Position numbers and translations under genes: made by a program. A stretch of 64,000 nucleotides of DNA from Octopus sinensis (lineage: Eukaryota): assembly GCF_006345805.1 (NCBI RefSeq), contig NC_042997.1, positions 181,970,001 to 182,034,000 of the forward strand. Direction: 5' to 3'. Shown here piece after piece: positions 40,185 through 52,099 of the stretch. Below the pieces are notes generated by a model, which was not told where the DNA came from, made no database searches, and was given only the letters and a program-made list of their open reading frames with translations. The number at the start of each line of letters is the position of its first letter. Position 1 is the stretch's first letter.

Positions 40185-41180
40185 GGCGCAGGTGTAGCTG
40201 TGTGGTAAGTAGCTTGCTTACCAACCACATGGTTCCGGGTTCAGTCCCACTGCGTGGCATCTTGGGCAAGTGTCTTCTGCTATAGCCCCGGGCCAAACAA
40301 TGCCTTGTGAGTGGATTTGGTAGACGGAAACTGAAAGAAGCCTGTCGTATATCATCATCATCATCATCATCATTTAACGTCCGCTTTCCATGCTAGCATG
40401 GGTTGGACGGTTCAACTGGGGTCTGGGGAGCCCGAAAGCTGCACCAGTCCAGTCAGATCTGGCAGTGTTTCTACAGCTGGATGCCCTTCCTAACGCCAAC
40501 CACTCCGAGAGTGTAGTGGGTGATTTTATGTGCCACCGACACAGGTGCCAGACGAGGCTGACAAACGGCCACGCTCGGATGGTGTTTTTTATGTGCACCG
40601 ACACAGGTGCCAGACGAGGCTGGCAGACGGCCACGCTCGGATGGTGTTTTTTATGTGCCACCGACACAGGTGCCAGACGAGGCTGGCAGACGGCCACGCT
40701 CGGATGGTGTTTTTTATGTGCCACCGACACAGGTGCCAGACGAGGCTGGCAGACGGCCACGCTCGGATGGTGTTTTTATGTGCCACCGACACAGGTGCCA
40801 GATGAGGCTGGCAAACGGCCACGATCGGATGGTGCTTGTTACGTGCCCACAGCACGGAGGCCAGTCGATGCGGTACTGGCTACGGCCACGTTCGGATGGT
40901 TTTCTTATATGCCACGTGCCACCGGCACTGGTACCACAAAGATACAAATTCCATTGATGTTCAGTGTATGTTTGTGTGTCTGTGTTTGTCCCCCTAGCAA
41001 TGCTTGACAACCGATGCTGGTGTGTTTATGTCCCCGTCACTTAGCGGTTCGGCAAAAGAGACCGATAGAATAAGTACTGAGCTTACAAAGAATAAGTCCC
41101 GGGGTCGAGTTGCTCGACTAAAGGCGGTGCTCCAGCATGGCCGCAGTCAAATGACTGAAACAAGTAAAAGAGAGTAAAGA
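40185..41180 (+). mobile_element. SINE type A split by an antisense RTE 3' end
   Basis: Head 40185-40351, tail 40965-41180. Confidence 0.85.
40352..40964 (-). mobile_element. RTE LINE 3' UTR/tail with five-plus 62-63-bp tandem units
   Basis: (GAT)n tail and aaagcggacgttaaa end as at 22725-22763; units start at 40528, 40591, 40653, 40716 and 40778. Confidence 0.85.
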
Positions 41181-41465
41181 GATTATACTCGATGATTTAC
41201 AGTAATTCAACTTTTATCAAATTTCTTGGTGCTTATACAAAATGTTAAAGGAATATTAATTTTCAAAAGAAAATTATTCATTACTTTAAAATAAAATCAT
41301 TGGTGATGGTGTCACATAAAAAGCATTCAGTGCATTCTGTGGAATAGTGGTTGGCATTAAGAAGGGCATTCAGCTACAGAAACCAAGCCAAAACAGACTA
41401 AGGAACCTGGTATGGCCTCTGACCTTCCTATCATGCTGCCCAACTCCTGCCAACATGGAAGATGG

Positions 41466-41848
41466 ACTCTTTTACTTGCTTCAGTCATTTGACAGTGGCC
41501 ATACTGGAGCACTGCCTTTAGTCAAGCAAATTGACCCCAGGACTTATTCTTTGTAAGCCTAGTACTTATTCTATCGGTCTCTTTTGCCAAACCACTAAGT
41601 TACGGGAACGTAAACACACCACCATCGGTTGTCAGGCGATGTTGGGAGGACAAACACAGACACATACACACACACATTTACAGATATATACGACGGGCTT
41701 CTTTCAGTTTGTCTACCAAATCCACTCACAAAGCTTTGGTCAGCCCGAGGCTATAGTAGAAGACACTTGCCCAAGGTGCCATGCAGTGGGACTGAACGCG
41801 GAACCATGTGGCTCGTAAGCAAGCTACTTACCACACAGCCATTCCTGC
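41466..41848 (-). mobile_element. SINE type A
   Basis: Full-length match. Confidence 0.9.
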
Positions 41849-41973
41849 GATATATATATACTTTATTTAAAGCATATTACTCTGCCACTGGTATTTGAGT
41901 ACTCTTTTTTCCCCCTTGTTTCACATTTATGTGTTTACTCCGGTATATATATATATATATATATATATTACAT

Positions 41974-42020
<47 letters not shown>

Positions 42021-42026
42021 CATTTA

Positions 42027-42082
<56 letters not shown>

Positions 42083-42804
42083 TCTCGGACGTTAAACGAC
42101 GACGACAATGATGATGATATACATGAAGTTTCTAAGCATTTAAGAAAGACAGCCACCATAATTATAAAAATAAAGTAGAAGAAATACTAATCATTTGCTT
42201 ATTACTTTTATTATCTTTTACTTGTTTCAATCACTGGACTGTGGCCATGCTGGATCACCGCCTTGAAAGCTTTTAGTTGAATAAATCAACCCCAGTATCT
42301 ACCTTTTTTTATATATTTTAAAGTCTGGTACTCATTCTATTCTTTTGTTTATTTTTTGCTTTATATATATATATATATACAACTACTACTATGGATTCTA
42401 CTATCATAAACGACTTTTAAGAGTTCCCTGAATTCTTGCCGAGCAACCTGCACAGCTGATTTGAATACAGTGATGAAATGATTGTGCTGTACGTTAAGCT
42501 CACAACTGCCAAGTTTGGGGACGTAAACAAACCAACAACGATTGTCAAACAGTAGTGGGTGACAAATATAAGGTTTCATACCCTCACGCACGCACCCACC
42601 CACCCACACACGGCAGGTTCTATAGTTTCCGTCAACCAAATTCGCTCACAAGGCTATAAAAGAACACACACACCCTAGGTTTCTTTTTATCTATCTGTCT
42701 GTCTATAATACACACATATACATTTGTTTATATATAATTATACATATAAACCTGTGTGTGTGTATATATATAGAGAGAGATAGATAATAATAATAATAAT
42801 AATA

Positions 42805-42877
<73 letters not shown>

Positions 42878-43679
42878 AACCACACCCGAAAAATATAGGT
42901 GTACCTGGGTGCTCCCAATTAATGTTAATTTCCCTTTGATTTTTTTTTAAAAAAGGAAGCAGCTTTGCTGTCTCTTTGATGTTCTCACTTCTACTCACGG
43001 TTCTTCACGTCACATTATCTCTCTCTTTCCTCACGTTTCCCTTTGTCTCTCTCTCTTTCGTGCGCGCGCGTGTGTTCGTATTTGGTGTGGGGGGATGTAG
43101 ATGTGTGTAGGTGGTTCAATTTGTTTTATTCCGTTTGTTTACGTTCAATTTTTAAATTGTTTTGTTTTCTCCACTTCAATTTATACCTATAACAAGCATT
43201 GGTGACCTACCTACCTTCTTACCTACCTGTCTGCCTGCCTACCTATAAAGGCACCTTTAGAAGCAGTTAGTTAATCGAGTAGCTGGAAATGGTTGCTAAA
43301 TCTCCCTCAAATCACACCTTACTGTATTAAAAATAAATAAATAAATAAAAGGTAAAATTACTATTAGACAATAACAAGTGACTGCCATAGCTAGAACGCT
43401 TTTGATAAATAGTTTTGCTTTCTCATGTCTGATTTGGGGTTAGAGAACAGCAACAACCAGAACAATAATAACCACCAGCAGCAGCATTGAGGAGGAAGAA
43501 ATGATTAAATATGTGATAGAAATTAAACAAAATAATATCGAAGATAACATAAAAATAAATGTGTAACGTCCTTCCTCCTTCTTACACCAGCTAAAATTAC
43601 CCAAACAAACCAAAAATAACTTACCTCCCCTTCCTATCGCTTCCCCCCCCCCCATCTACTTTTATTATGTCTTTTCATC

Positions 43680-43797
43680 CCTGTAGAAGAACCGTGAGAA
43701 AGTGAGAAAGAAAGTGACGGGGGAAGCACAGGAGAGAGAGGTAGAAGCATTGGAAAGAGAAGGGAGGGGAGAAAGGAATAGAAAGCACAAGAGATAG

Positions 43798-43836
<39 letters not shown>

Positions 43837-44590
43837 AAGGTGGAAGCACTGGAAAGAGAGGGAAGGGGAGAGAGAGGAATAGAAAGCACAAGAGATAGAT
43901 AGATAGAGAGAGAAAGGTGGAAGCACTGGAAAGAGAGGGAAGGGGGGAGAGAAATAGAAAGCACAAGAGATAGATAGAGAGAGAGAGAGGTAGAAGCACT
44001 GGAAAGAGAGGGAAGGGGGAGGAATGAAGCACAAGAGAGAGAGAGAGGTAGTAGCATTGGAAAGAGAGACAGAGAAAGTGTTGGAAAGAAAGAAAAACGC
44101 TGGCCAGAGAGAAAGAGCTGGAGGGAGAGAGAGACAGACAGAGACAGATGCAAGAAAGAAAAATGAGATAGAGAATGAAATAAATGGAGAGATGTAATGA
44201 GTAAGAGAGAGGACGATACGGAGAGAGAGAGAGTTAGTAAATGAGATAAGGGGGTAATGTCGACAAAAAGAGAGGAATAGGTTGAGATTGAGAGGGAGAG
44301 ATAGAGATGGGAAAAGAATATTAAGGGAGTGATGTAGATGGATAGAGAGATATAGCACGAAAGATAGAGAGAGAGAGAGATGGAAACAGAACGAGATAAA
44401 AGGAGAGATGTATAGGAATAGATAGAGATATGACGAGAGAGAGAGAGAATAGGGTAAAGAGAGTGATGTTTTAGACAGATAGCGATAGAGCAAGAGAGAA
44501 AGGGAGAGAGATACGGAGAGGGGAAACAAGAGGGAGTGAAAAGTAAGATGAAGAGAGACAGAGAAGGGGAAAGAGTGAGAGTAGATCTAA
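43680..44590. repeat. Polypurine tract with about 60-bp imperfect repeats
   Basis: gaagcactggaaagagagggaagggg...atagaaagcacaagagatagat recurs. Confidence 0.85.
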
Positions 44591-46234
44591 TTTACTACGC
44601 TACGTATCTTTACCAAATATGGCGCCCTATAATAACATAAACAGGAGGTTGAGGAAGAGGACATAGATAAAAGAAGAAGACGGTGATATAGAAGCTGTGA
44701 TGATACAAGGAGGGGGAAGCATAGAGGAAAAAAGCTGGCAAAGACATAGAAGTGGGAGAAAGGGGGGAGGGGAAAAAATATTTCCAAAAAACCAACACAA
44801 AAACACGAGAAAAATTTATAATCATAATAAAAATATAGCCAACAATAATAATAATGATAGAAAAAGCAATTAATAAATAAATAAATAAAAAAAAAGGAAA
44901 AAACCGATTAGCTTTCCCATAATCCCCTACGTAAATTCCTGCGTGGTATTAGTGATGAGTAACTTGATGTGTGTATATGTAGGTGTATGTGTATGCGGGA
45001 GCGAGAGAGAGAGAGACAGACTTTTCGAAATTCACACACACACACACACACACGCACGCACACATACGCATACATTCATACGCGCGCGCACACATAAATT
45101 CGTATTTCATAAATTTAAACATAGATATATATATATACGTAAATTTAACGCATAATACGTAGGTTTCGAAATGCTAGAATACATACATACATCATATATA
45201 TATATATATATTTCTTTACTACCCCACAAGGGGCTAAACACAGAGGGGACAAACAAGGACAGACAAACGGATTAAGTCGATTACATCGACTCCAGTGTGC
45301 AACTGGTACTTATATATATATACGCACCCTCACACACACACACATATATATATATATATGCTTGTGTGTCCGTGTGCATGTATATATCTTTCTGTCTACC
45401 TATGCAGCATATATTTTTTTTAGTTTGAATTGAAAGAAAGGGTTGCGTCTATAGTCTTGTCAGAACCCTTCCGAACGGGTAAGCACAATGTCTTTGACGT
45501 TCCGTTTAATTGTTCAAAGTCAACGAATGTACAATATAGAAAATACAATGCGCAAAGAGGCGGCAGTGAGTTATTCTAAAGGGTTAACTCTTCTGTTTAC
45601 GAAAGAGAAGAGCACACTGGTTTAAGTATGGGAGCAACCTGAAGGGACGGACAAAATATGAGTGACTAAAACACAACGAGATTAGTGTATCGGGAAGGTT
45701 TATGCGGAGATGGCAAGGAGCCAACCAGATTCGAAGCCAATGAAGTAGCGGTGTGGGTGGCTATGTATATATGTGTGTGTGTGAATGTATATACATATAT
45801 ATATATAATACAAAATTGGGACAAGAACGCAAAACATCCGGACAACTAGATGATACAAAAAGGACAACAAAACATCCAGATAGACGATACATAAAAACAA
45901 GGGCGGGTCATTCGAAGCTTTCTATCTTCAGTCAAGAACCGGTTCATCCTCGCAATTTCGGCTGATTGGAGCAATCTCAAGATTATTGAGATTGCTCCAA
46001 TCTGGCCAGCTCCAAGGAAAAACTAAGCTAAGAGCATTAGATTCCTTGGAAGAAAGCATCGAATGTATACGAAAACAAGGACGGAAAAACAGACGATGTT
46101 ACACGAATATAAATACAAAATACAATTAAAATGATGATGATAACGATGACGACGACGACAGGACATAACAACAGGTGTCTTTCGACTGGGGACGAATTGA
46201 ATTCAGCTGGCGTGTGTGGAAATGAAGCTTTATA

Positions 46235-46626
46235 TCTTTATATATAAAAGTGAAGTTGTGTGTCTGTCTCCTACGATTTAGATTCCTAACTACTCCCACA
46301 TTTTGCGGTGCAGTGTAACCAAAAGCGGGTATCTTATAGTCGTGATTCATATCGAGCCCTTCTGGGTATTAGTGCGCGTCTACGATGAGTCTACGATTAA
46401 AAAAAAATTTACCATCATTTTTTCCCATTTTTAATGCATTTTCTTTTGCTATTATATAAGGGAAGTAACTCGCGTCTATGATGAGTCAACGATTTAAAAA
46501 AAAATACCATAATTTTTCCGCATTTTTAATGCATTTTCGCTCGGTTTATATAAGGGAAGTAACTCTATAAATGCTTATATAGTTATTTCCCTTACAAACC
46601 CGAGCAACGCCAGGCGATACTGCTAG
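46235..46626 (+). mobile_element. Non-autonomous Helitron-type element
   Basis: Same family as 30587-30995; A|TC ... CTAG|T. Confidence 0.85.
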
Positions 46627-47289
46627 TATATATATATAACTACTACTATGGATTCTACTATCATAAACGACTTTTGAGAGTTCCCTGAATTCTTGCCGAG
46701 CAACCTGCACAGCTGATTTGATTACAGTGATGAAATGATTGTGCTGCACATTAAGCTCACGCCTTTCATTAAATCGACATTCCCTATTCAGGTGTGAGTT
46801 GTACCACATACCAGATGCTTAGTGATTGCAGAACAGCGTCTAACGAATTAATTCGCTCAAGAACACAACGCACCGTTCAGTCCGGTAATCGAAACCTTGA
46901 TCTTAAGATCGTGAATGCAACATTCTGACCACCAGGTCACACGTCTTCCCTCTCGGGCGCTTACTCACATATATCGAGAGAGAGAGAGGCAGGGGAGTAG
47001 GGAAGGTACACCTGTTTCCTGAGGTGGGAGTAATTTGGTTAGAGGCACTGTATTCAAATAGTCGGGTGTCTTTCTCCAGATGGGGATAAGGATCCCTGTA
47101 TGTAGTAGCAACAATGATACAAATATAGGGGTTATGGGTTTTACGTGAGTTTTGTAAGGGGTTTGTAATTATTGAAAGTTGAAGCGTTTTTCAGGTATGG
47201 AAGAGAAAGGCCAATCTTTGAGATGCACCTTTCGTATGTTCAAATGTGTTTTCACCAAGGGATACATTCAGCAATAGCATGATGTAGCA

Positions 47290-47388
<99 letters not shown>

Positions 47389-47392
47389 TTAT

Positions 47393-47601
47393 GCGGCGAG
47401 CTGGCAGAATCGTTAATACACCGGGCGAAATGCTTAACGGTATTTCGTCTGCCGTTACGTTCTGAGTTCAAATTCCGCTGAGGTCAACTTTGCCTTTCAT
47501 CCTTTCGGGGTCGATTAAATAAGTACCAGTTACGCACTGGGGTTGATGTAATCGACTGAAACCCTTTGTCTGTCCTTGTTTGCCCCCTCTATGTTTAGCC
47601 C
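47393..47601 (+). mobile_element. SINE type B within a (TCTA)n array
   Basis: Full-length match flanked by (tcta)n. Confidence 0.9.
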
Positions 47602-47619
47602 CCTGTAGGCAATAAAGAA

Positions 47620-47707
<88 letters not shown>

Positions 47708-48009
47708 GTCTGTCTGTCTGTCTGTCTGCCTGTCTGTCTGTCTATCTATCTATCTACCTGTCGGTCTGCTTGTCTGTCTAACAGAGCTTCTAAATACGTA
47801 TATATACAGTAACCCTTCGCCATATCGCGGTTCACCTATTGCGCACTCAGTACATCACGGATTTTTCAGGCTAACATATGTAAATTCATATCGCAGACTC
47901 CTCAGTATATCGCGGGTTTCTGCAGCCGATTGGTAGTTATATTATTTTAGATTTTAATTATTTCTGTGGGAGGTTTTGTAACGTAAAATCCGCAATAGTC
48001 GAGAGATTA

Positions 48010-48052
<43 letters not shown>

Positions 48053-48257
48053 AAATAAGAAAATGGAGAAATACACCTTAATCAATAATCAACTACCAGA
48101 TAATACCCAATCACATAATTTATTAACCCACTACATATGAACATCAAAGTCAAAATAGTATAGAACAAAAAACAATGCACATCAATGAGTAATATGATAC
48201 AATAAGTACAATATGTATAAGTGAATATAAATAAATATAAATATGAATATAAACTAC

Positions 48258-48383
48258 ATCTTACAGCTGTTTCAGCCATGCAGATATGGGTATCTCATTA
48301 TTCTCATATTAGCCAGGTGTGATAAGTAATATGTGGTTATAAATGAGACACTTACAAAAATATCCCAAGGCCTCTTCAGAGAT
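48258..48383 (-). ncRNA. Type-I hammerhead-like motif, intact core, 91-nt loop II
   Basis: Minus strand: AUCU CUGAAGA GGCC-(91 nt)-GGCU GAA ACAGCUGU A AGAU. Confidence 0.6.
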
Positions 48384-49031
48384 TATAAAGTACAAACTAA
48401 ACTAAATATGAATATCAGAGGAGGTACACCCATACAAGAGTGGGTACATACCCATAATATATAATATACACATACATATGAGTGCATATACCCATACTTC
48501 TATATATATATATACACATAATGATATGCAACAATATACATACATATGTTCTATATTCAAGGTTACAGTTTGTCAAAACAATATATTAGAATATTACAAT
48601 ATACAAACATACACATATCTATATTCATATGCACATATACAAAGTCAAGAGTTCATTATATTAAGTTACAAAATGCCATTAATATTACCATCGTTATTAT
48701 TACCATTATTATTACCATTGCTACTAATATTATTATTATTAATAATAATAACAATAATACCAGCAAAACAATATATGTATCACGCTGTTCACAGTCCATA
48801 TTATGTGGAAAAAATCAGGTAGAATACATCGACATCATAATATATTGGCAAAGCAATATAATAGCAACAACGACAATAATAATAATACAGTACAATGCAA
48901 AACATTATAAATCGGCAAATACATATCAAATGAAAAATATTGATTTACATCATAGCAAAGTCTATAAGTGTTCAAGCATATAAACGCATGCTAGCCATAG
49001 TTGGTGGGTTGCACTCACAACCCCTATCTCA

Positions 49032-49073
<42 letters not shown>

Positions 49074-49342
49074 GGGTAAGTACATAATTGCAAAACAAGG
49101 TGGAAAAAAATAGTACTCGACTACCGAAGGTAGAGTAATATGCTATTATTAAAGCTCCACAAATCTTCACTTTACGTTCCCGTAACTTAGCGGTTCGGCA
49201 ACAGAGACCGGTAAAATAAGTACCGGGCTTCAAAAAACAAGTACTGGGGCCCATACATTCGACTTAAAATTATTCAAGGCAGTGCCTCAGCATGGCTGCT
49301 GTCTAATGACTCAAACAAGTAAAAGGTAAAAGATAGCAGATA

Positions 49343-49384
49343 AACTGTTAGTTAGGGTTTCACGTTCCCGTTCATCAGACAGTT
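49343..49384 (-). ncRNA. Type-I hammerhead-like motif, intact core, decayed stem III
   Basis: AACUGU CUGAUGA ACG GGAA CGU GAAACCCUAACUA ACAGUU: 6-bp stem I and GNRA-capped stem II. Confidence 0.6.
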
Positions 49385-49670
49385 GTGATGAATACTGATT
49401 CAGTATTCACAGTTTGTGAAGATTTTTGCAGCTTTACTAAAAGGATATATATATGCAGGAGTGGATGTGTGGTAAAAAGTTTGCTTACCAACCACATGGT
49501 TCCGAGTTCAGTCCCACTGCGTAGCACCTTGGGCAAGTGTCTTCTGCTATAGCATCGGACTGACCAAAGCCGTGTGAGTTGAGGATTTGATAGACGGAAA
49601 CTGAAAGAAGCCAGTCGTATACACACACACACACATACATACATATACATACATACTTACATACATATAC

Positions 49671-49707
<37 letters not shown>

Positions 49708-49711
49708 CATA

Positions 49712-49803
<92 letters not shown>

Positions 49804-49871
49804 AAACAGGAAATGGAGAAATATTGATCAACAACAATTGACTTACACCAATTATTAAATTTTAATTAATA

Positions 49872-50238
49872 TGCAGTGGCTGTGTGGTAAGTAGCTTGCT
49901 TACAAACCACATGGCACCTTGGGCAAGTTTCTTCTACTGTAGCCTCGGGCCGACCAAAGCCTTGTGAGTGGATTTGGTAGTTGAAAACTGAAAGAAGCCC
50001 GTCCTATATATGTGTGTATATGTATATGTTTGTGTGTCTGTGTTTGACTCCCTACCATCACTTAACAACCGATGTTGGTGTGTTCATGGCTCCGTGACTT
50101 AGCAGTTTGGCAAAAGAGATCGATAGAATTAGTACTAGGCTTACAAAGAATAAGTCGATTTGTTCGACTAAGGGCGGTGCCTCAGCATGGCGGCAGTCAA
50201 ATGACTGAAGCAAGTAAAAGAATAAAAGGACTAAAAGA
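49872..50238 (+). mobile_element. SINE type A with internal deletion
   Basis: Head, microsatellite and tail present. Confidence 0.85.
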
Positions 50239-50257
50239 ATACAAATAGACTGTATCC

Positions 50258-50374
50258 CATCTAACAGCTGTTTCTGCTTCCAATGTTATATGGTATTGCC
50301 ATCGATATTCTAAAAATAATATTCATCATATTTGGTAATAATATCCGATCTAGAAAATGGAGCTCCGTCAGAGT
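50258..50374 (-). ncRNA. Degenerate long-loop hammerhead-like relic
   Basis: CUGACGG AGCUCCA...UGGAAGC A GAAACAGCUGU U AGAU; A9G change and weak stem I. Confidence 0.4.
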
Positions 50375-50521
50375 AAAGAAAAATATATACATAAAAAAAA
50401 AAGAAAAGACGAAGAGCCTCGAGAGAAGATGGAAAACCTTAATATGTTTAAATCATACCATTCTGCTTATGTGTCACTTTGGGACGTTGAGTAAATGACT
50501 CATTTATCACGGAACCTCAGA

Positions 50522-50563
50522 AACTGTTACTCAGAGTTTCACGATCTCGTTCGTCGGATAGTT
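50522..50563 (-). ncRNA. Type-I hammerhead-like motif (U4C), same family as 49343
   Basis: AACUAU CCGACGA ACG AGAU CGU GAA ACUC U GAGU A ACAGUU. Confidence 0.55.
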
Positions 50564-51323
50564 GTGAATATATATATATAATCAAAATAAGCAACAGGAT
50601 ATCAAGTAGTGATGCAGTACGAGTGTTTCAAGCGGCTCCATTTAATTGAGCAATGCAATCATTACATCAATTTAAATGTAATGCTATCTTCAGCAGCACA
50701 AATAAATAAATGGAATTTTAACAAGTAGGACACATTAATATAATCTTTCTCAAATATTTTTACAGAGCAAGAAGATAAAATAAATTCATGTTGTCGCTAT
50801 TATAGCTAAGAATAGACTATACTTCTAAGAATCGCACGGAGCATAGTGGGGTCATATGGTTGTAAGGGATTGTAATTAATTTCTAATTCATTTCTTTCTT
50901 TATCAACTACTAAATCTAATACTAGTAGACTGTGTCTATTATAAATAAAAGACAAGAGTAGTTGACAGCTCATGGCTAGATATGGTCATAAATATTATCA
51001 TATGCACCAACTTTTCCTCAATGAGGAAATATGACATCAGGAGCAGTCAGTTGGATATAAGTAACTGTCTATAACAAGAGGCAGAATAGGGGTAGACTTT
51101 AAATCATGATGTTTACCAGTTAAAGGGGCAAGACGCTAAGAAACCTCAGCTGTTAATACAGAAGAAATTTTATTTAGGGGCACTATAGGTGATTGTTTAT
51201 AAACAATATAGTTATGTTGTATAAAAATAAAATTTTAGAATTTCAAAAATGATATCATAACCAAAATAGTTAAAAGGTTTGTATATATCAGTTATAAACA
51301 TTTAAAAAAAAGATTACATAGAA

Positions 51324-51402
<79 letters not shown>

Positions 51403-51512
51403 TATATATATATAACGGGAAGCTTTATGAAAATAAACAAAAGACGAAGGCAGGTGGAAAACAAACGAACAATTGTATTAGTATGGCGCTCAGGAAATAT
51501 AAATAAAACAAG

Positions 51513-51550
51513 TCTTTAACGTTTCGAGCCTACGCTCTTCAACAGAAAGA
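51513..51550 (-). ncRNA. Minimal type-I hammerhead-like motif in the PLE 3' repeat (A6U variant)
   Basis: UCUUU CUGUUGA A GAG CGUAGG CUC GAAACGU U AAAGA. Confidence 0.7.
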
Positions 51551-51785
51551 TACACAGAGAGAGAAAAACACAGAAAGAAGGAGAGAAAAAAAAATGCGTG
51601 CAGTAGCTAACGAATCAACATGGCGATCTGATTTCGGCCAGAGGTCAAAGATCAAACATGAGACGCGAGAGCGAAATAAGGGGAGATAATAGGGTTGATA
51701 AATGGGTTTGAGGGACCAGCTAAAAGTGCGTGGGAGGGGTCTGGATGTGTGTATGTATAGGGTTGGTGTATGTATTAGTATGTAT

Positions 51786-51830
<45 letters not shown>

Positions 51831-52099
51831 TATTAGTGCGTAAGATTGGTCTGGACGTGCGTATGTATGGGGTTGGTGTATGTATTAGTATGTATTAGTA
51901 TGTATTAGTACGTATTGGTATGTATAGGTGTGTGTGTGTGTGTGTGAGAGAGTATAAGTGCGTATGCGGGGTCTGGACGTGTGTATGTATAGGGTTGGTG
52001 TAAGTATTAGTATGTACTAGTATGTATTAGTACGTATTAGTATGTATTAGTTGGTGTGTGTATTAGTATGGCACATCATATGTGATGTGATGTGTAAAG

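Noticed and set aside
40374-41010. 62-63-bp repeats as a CRISPR array, coding repeat or HDV/twister ribozyme
   Set aside because: No unique spacers; lies in an RTE 3' UTR; no P1 partner for an HDV fold and no twister pseudoknot sequences.
42890-44960. Possible promoter (cacgtcac, aaatatggcg, local CpG)
   Set aside because: Short motifs with no linked exon or transcript evidence.
42380-46770. Repeated block of about 140 bp (42380-42520, 46630-46770) giving ELNVQHNHFITV...RIHSSS
   Set aside because: An interspersed repeat end at (TA)n; no recognisable protein family.
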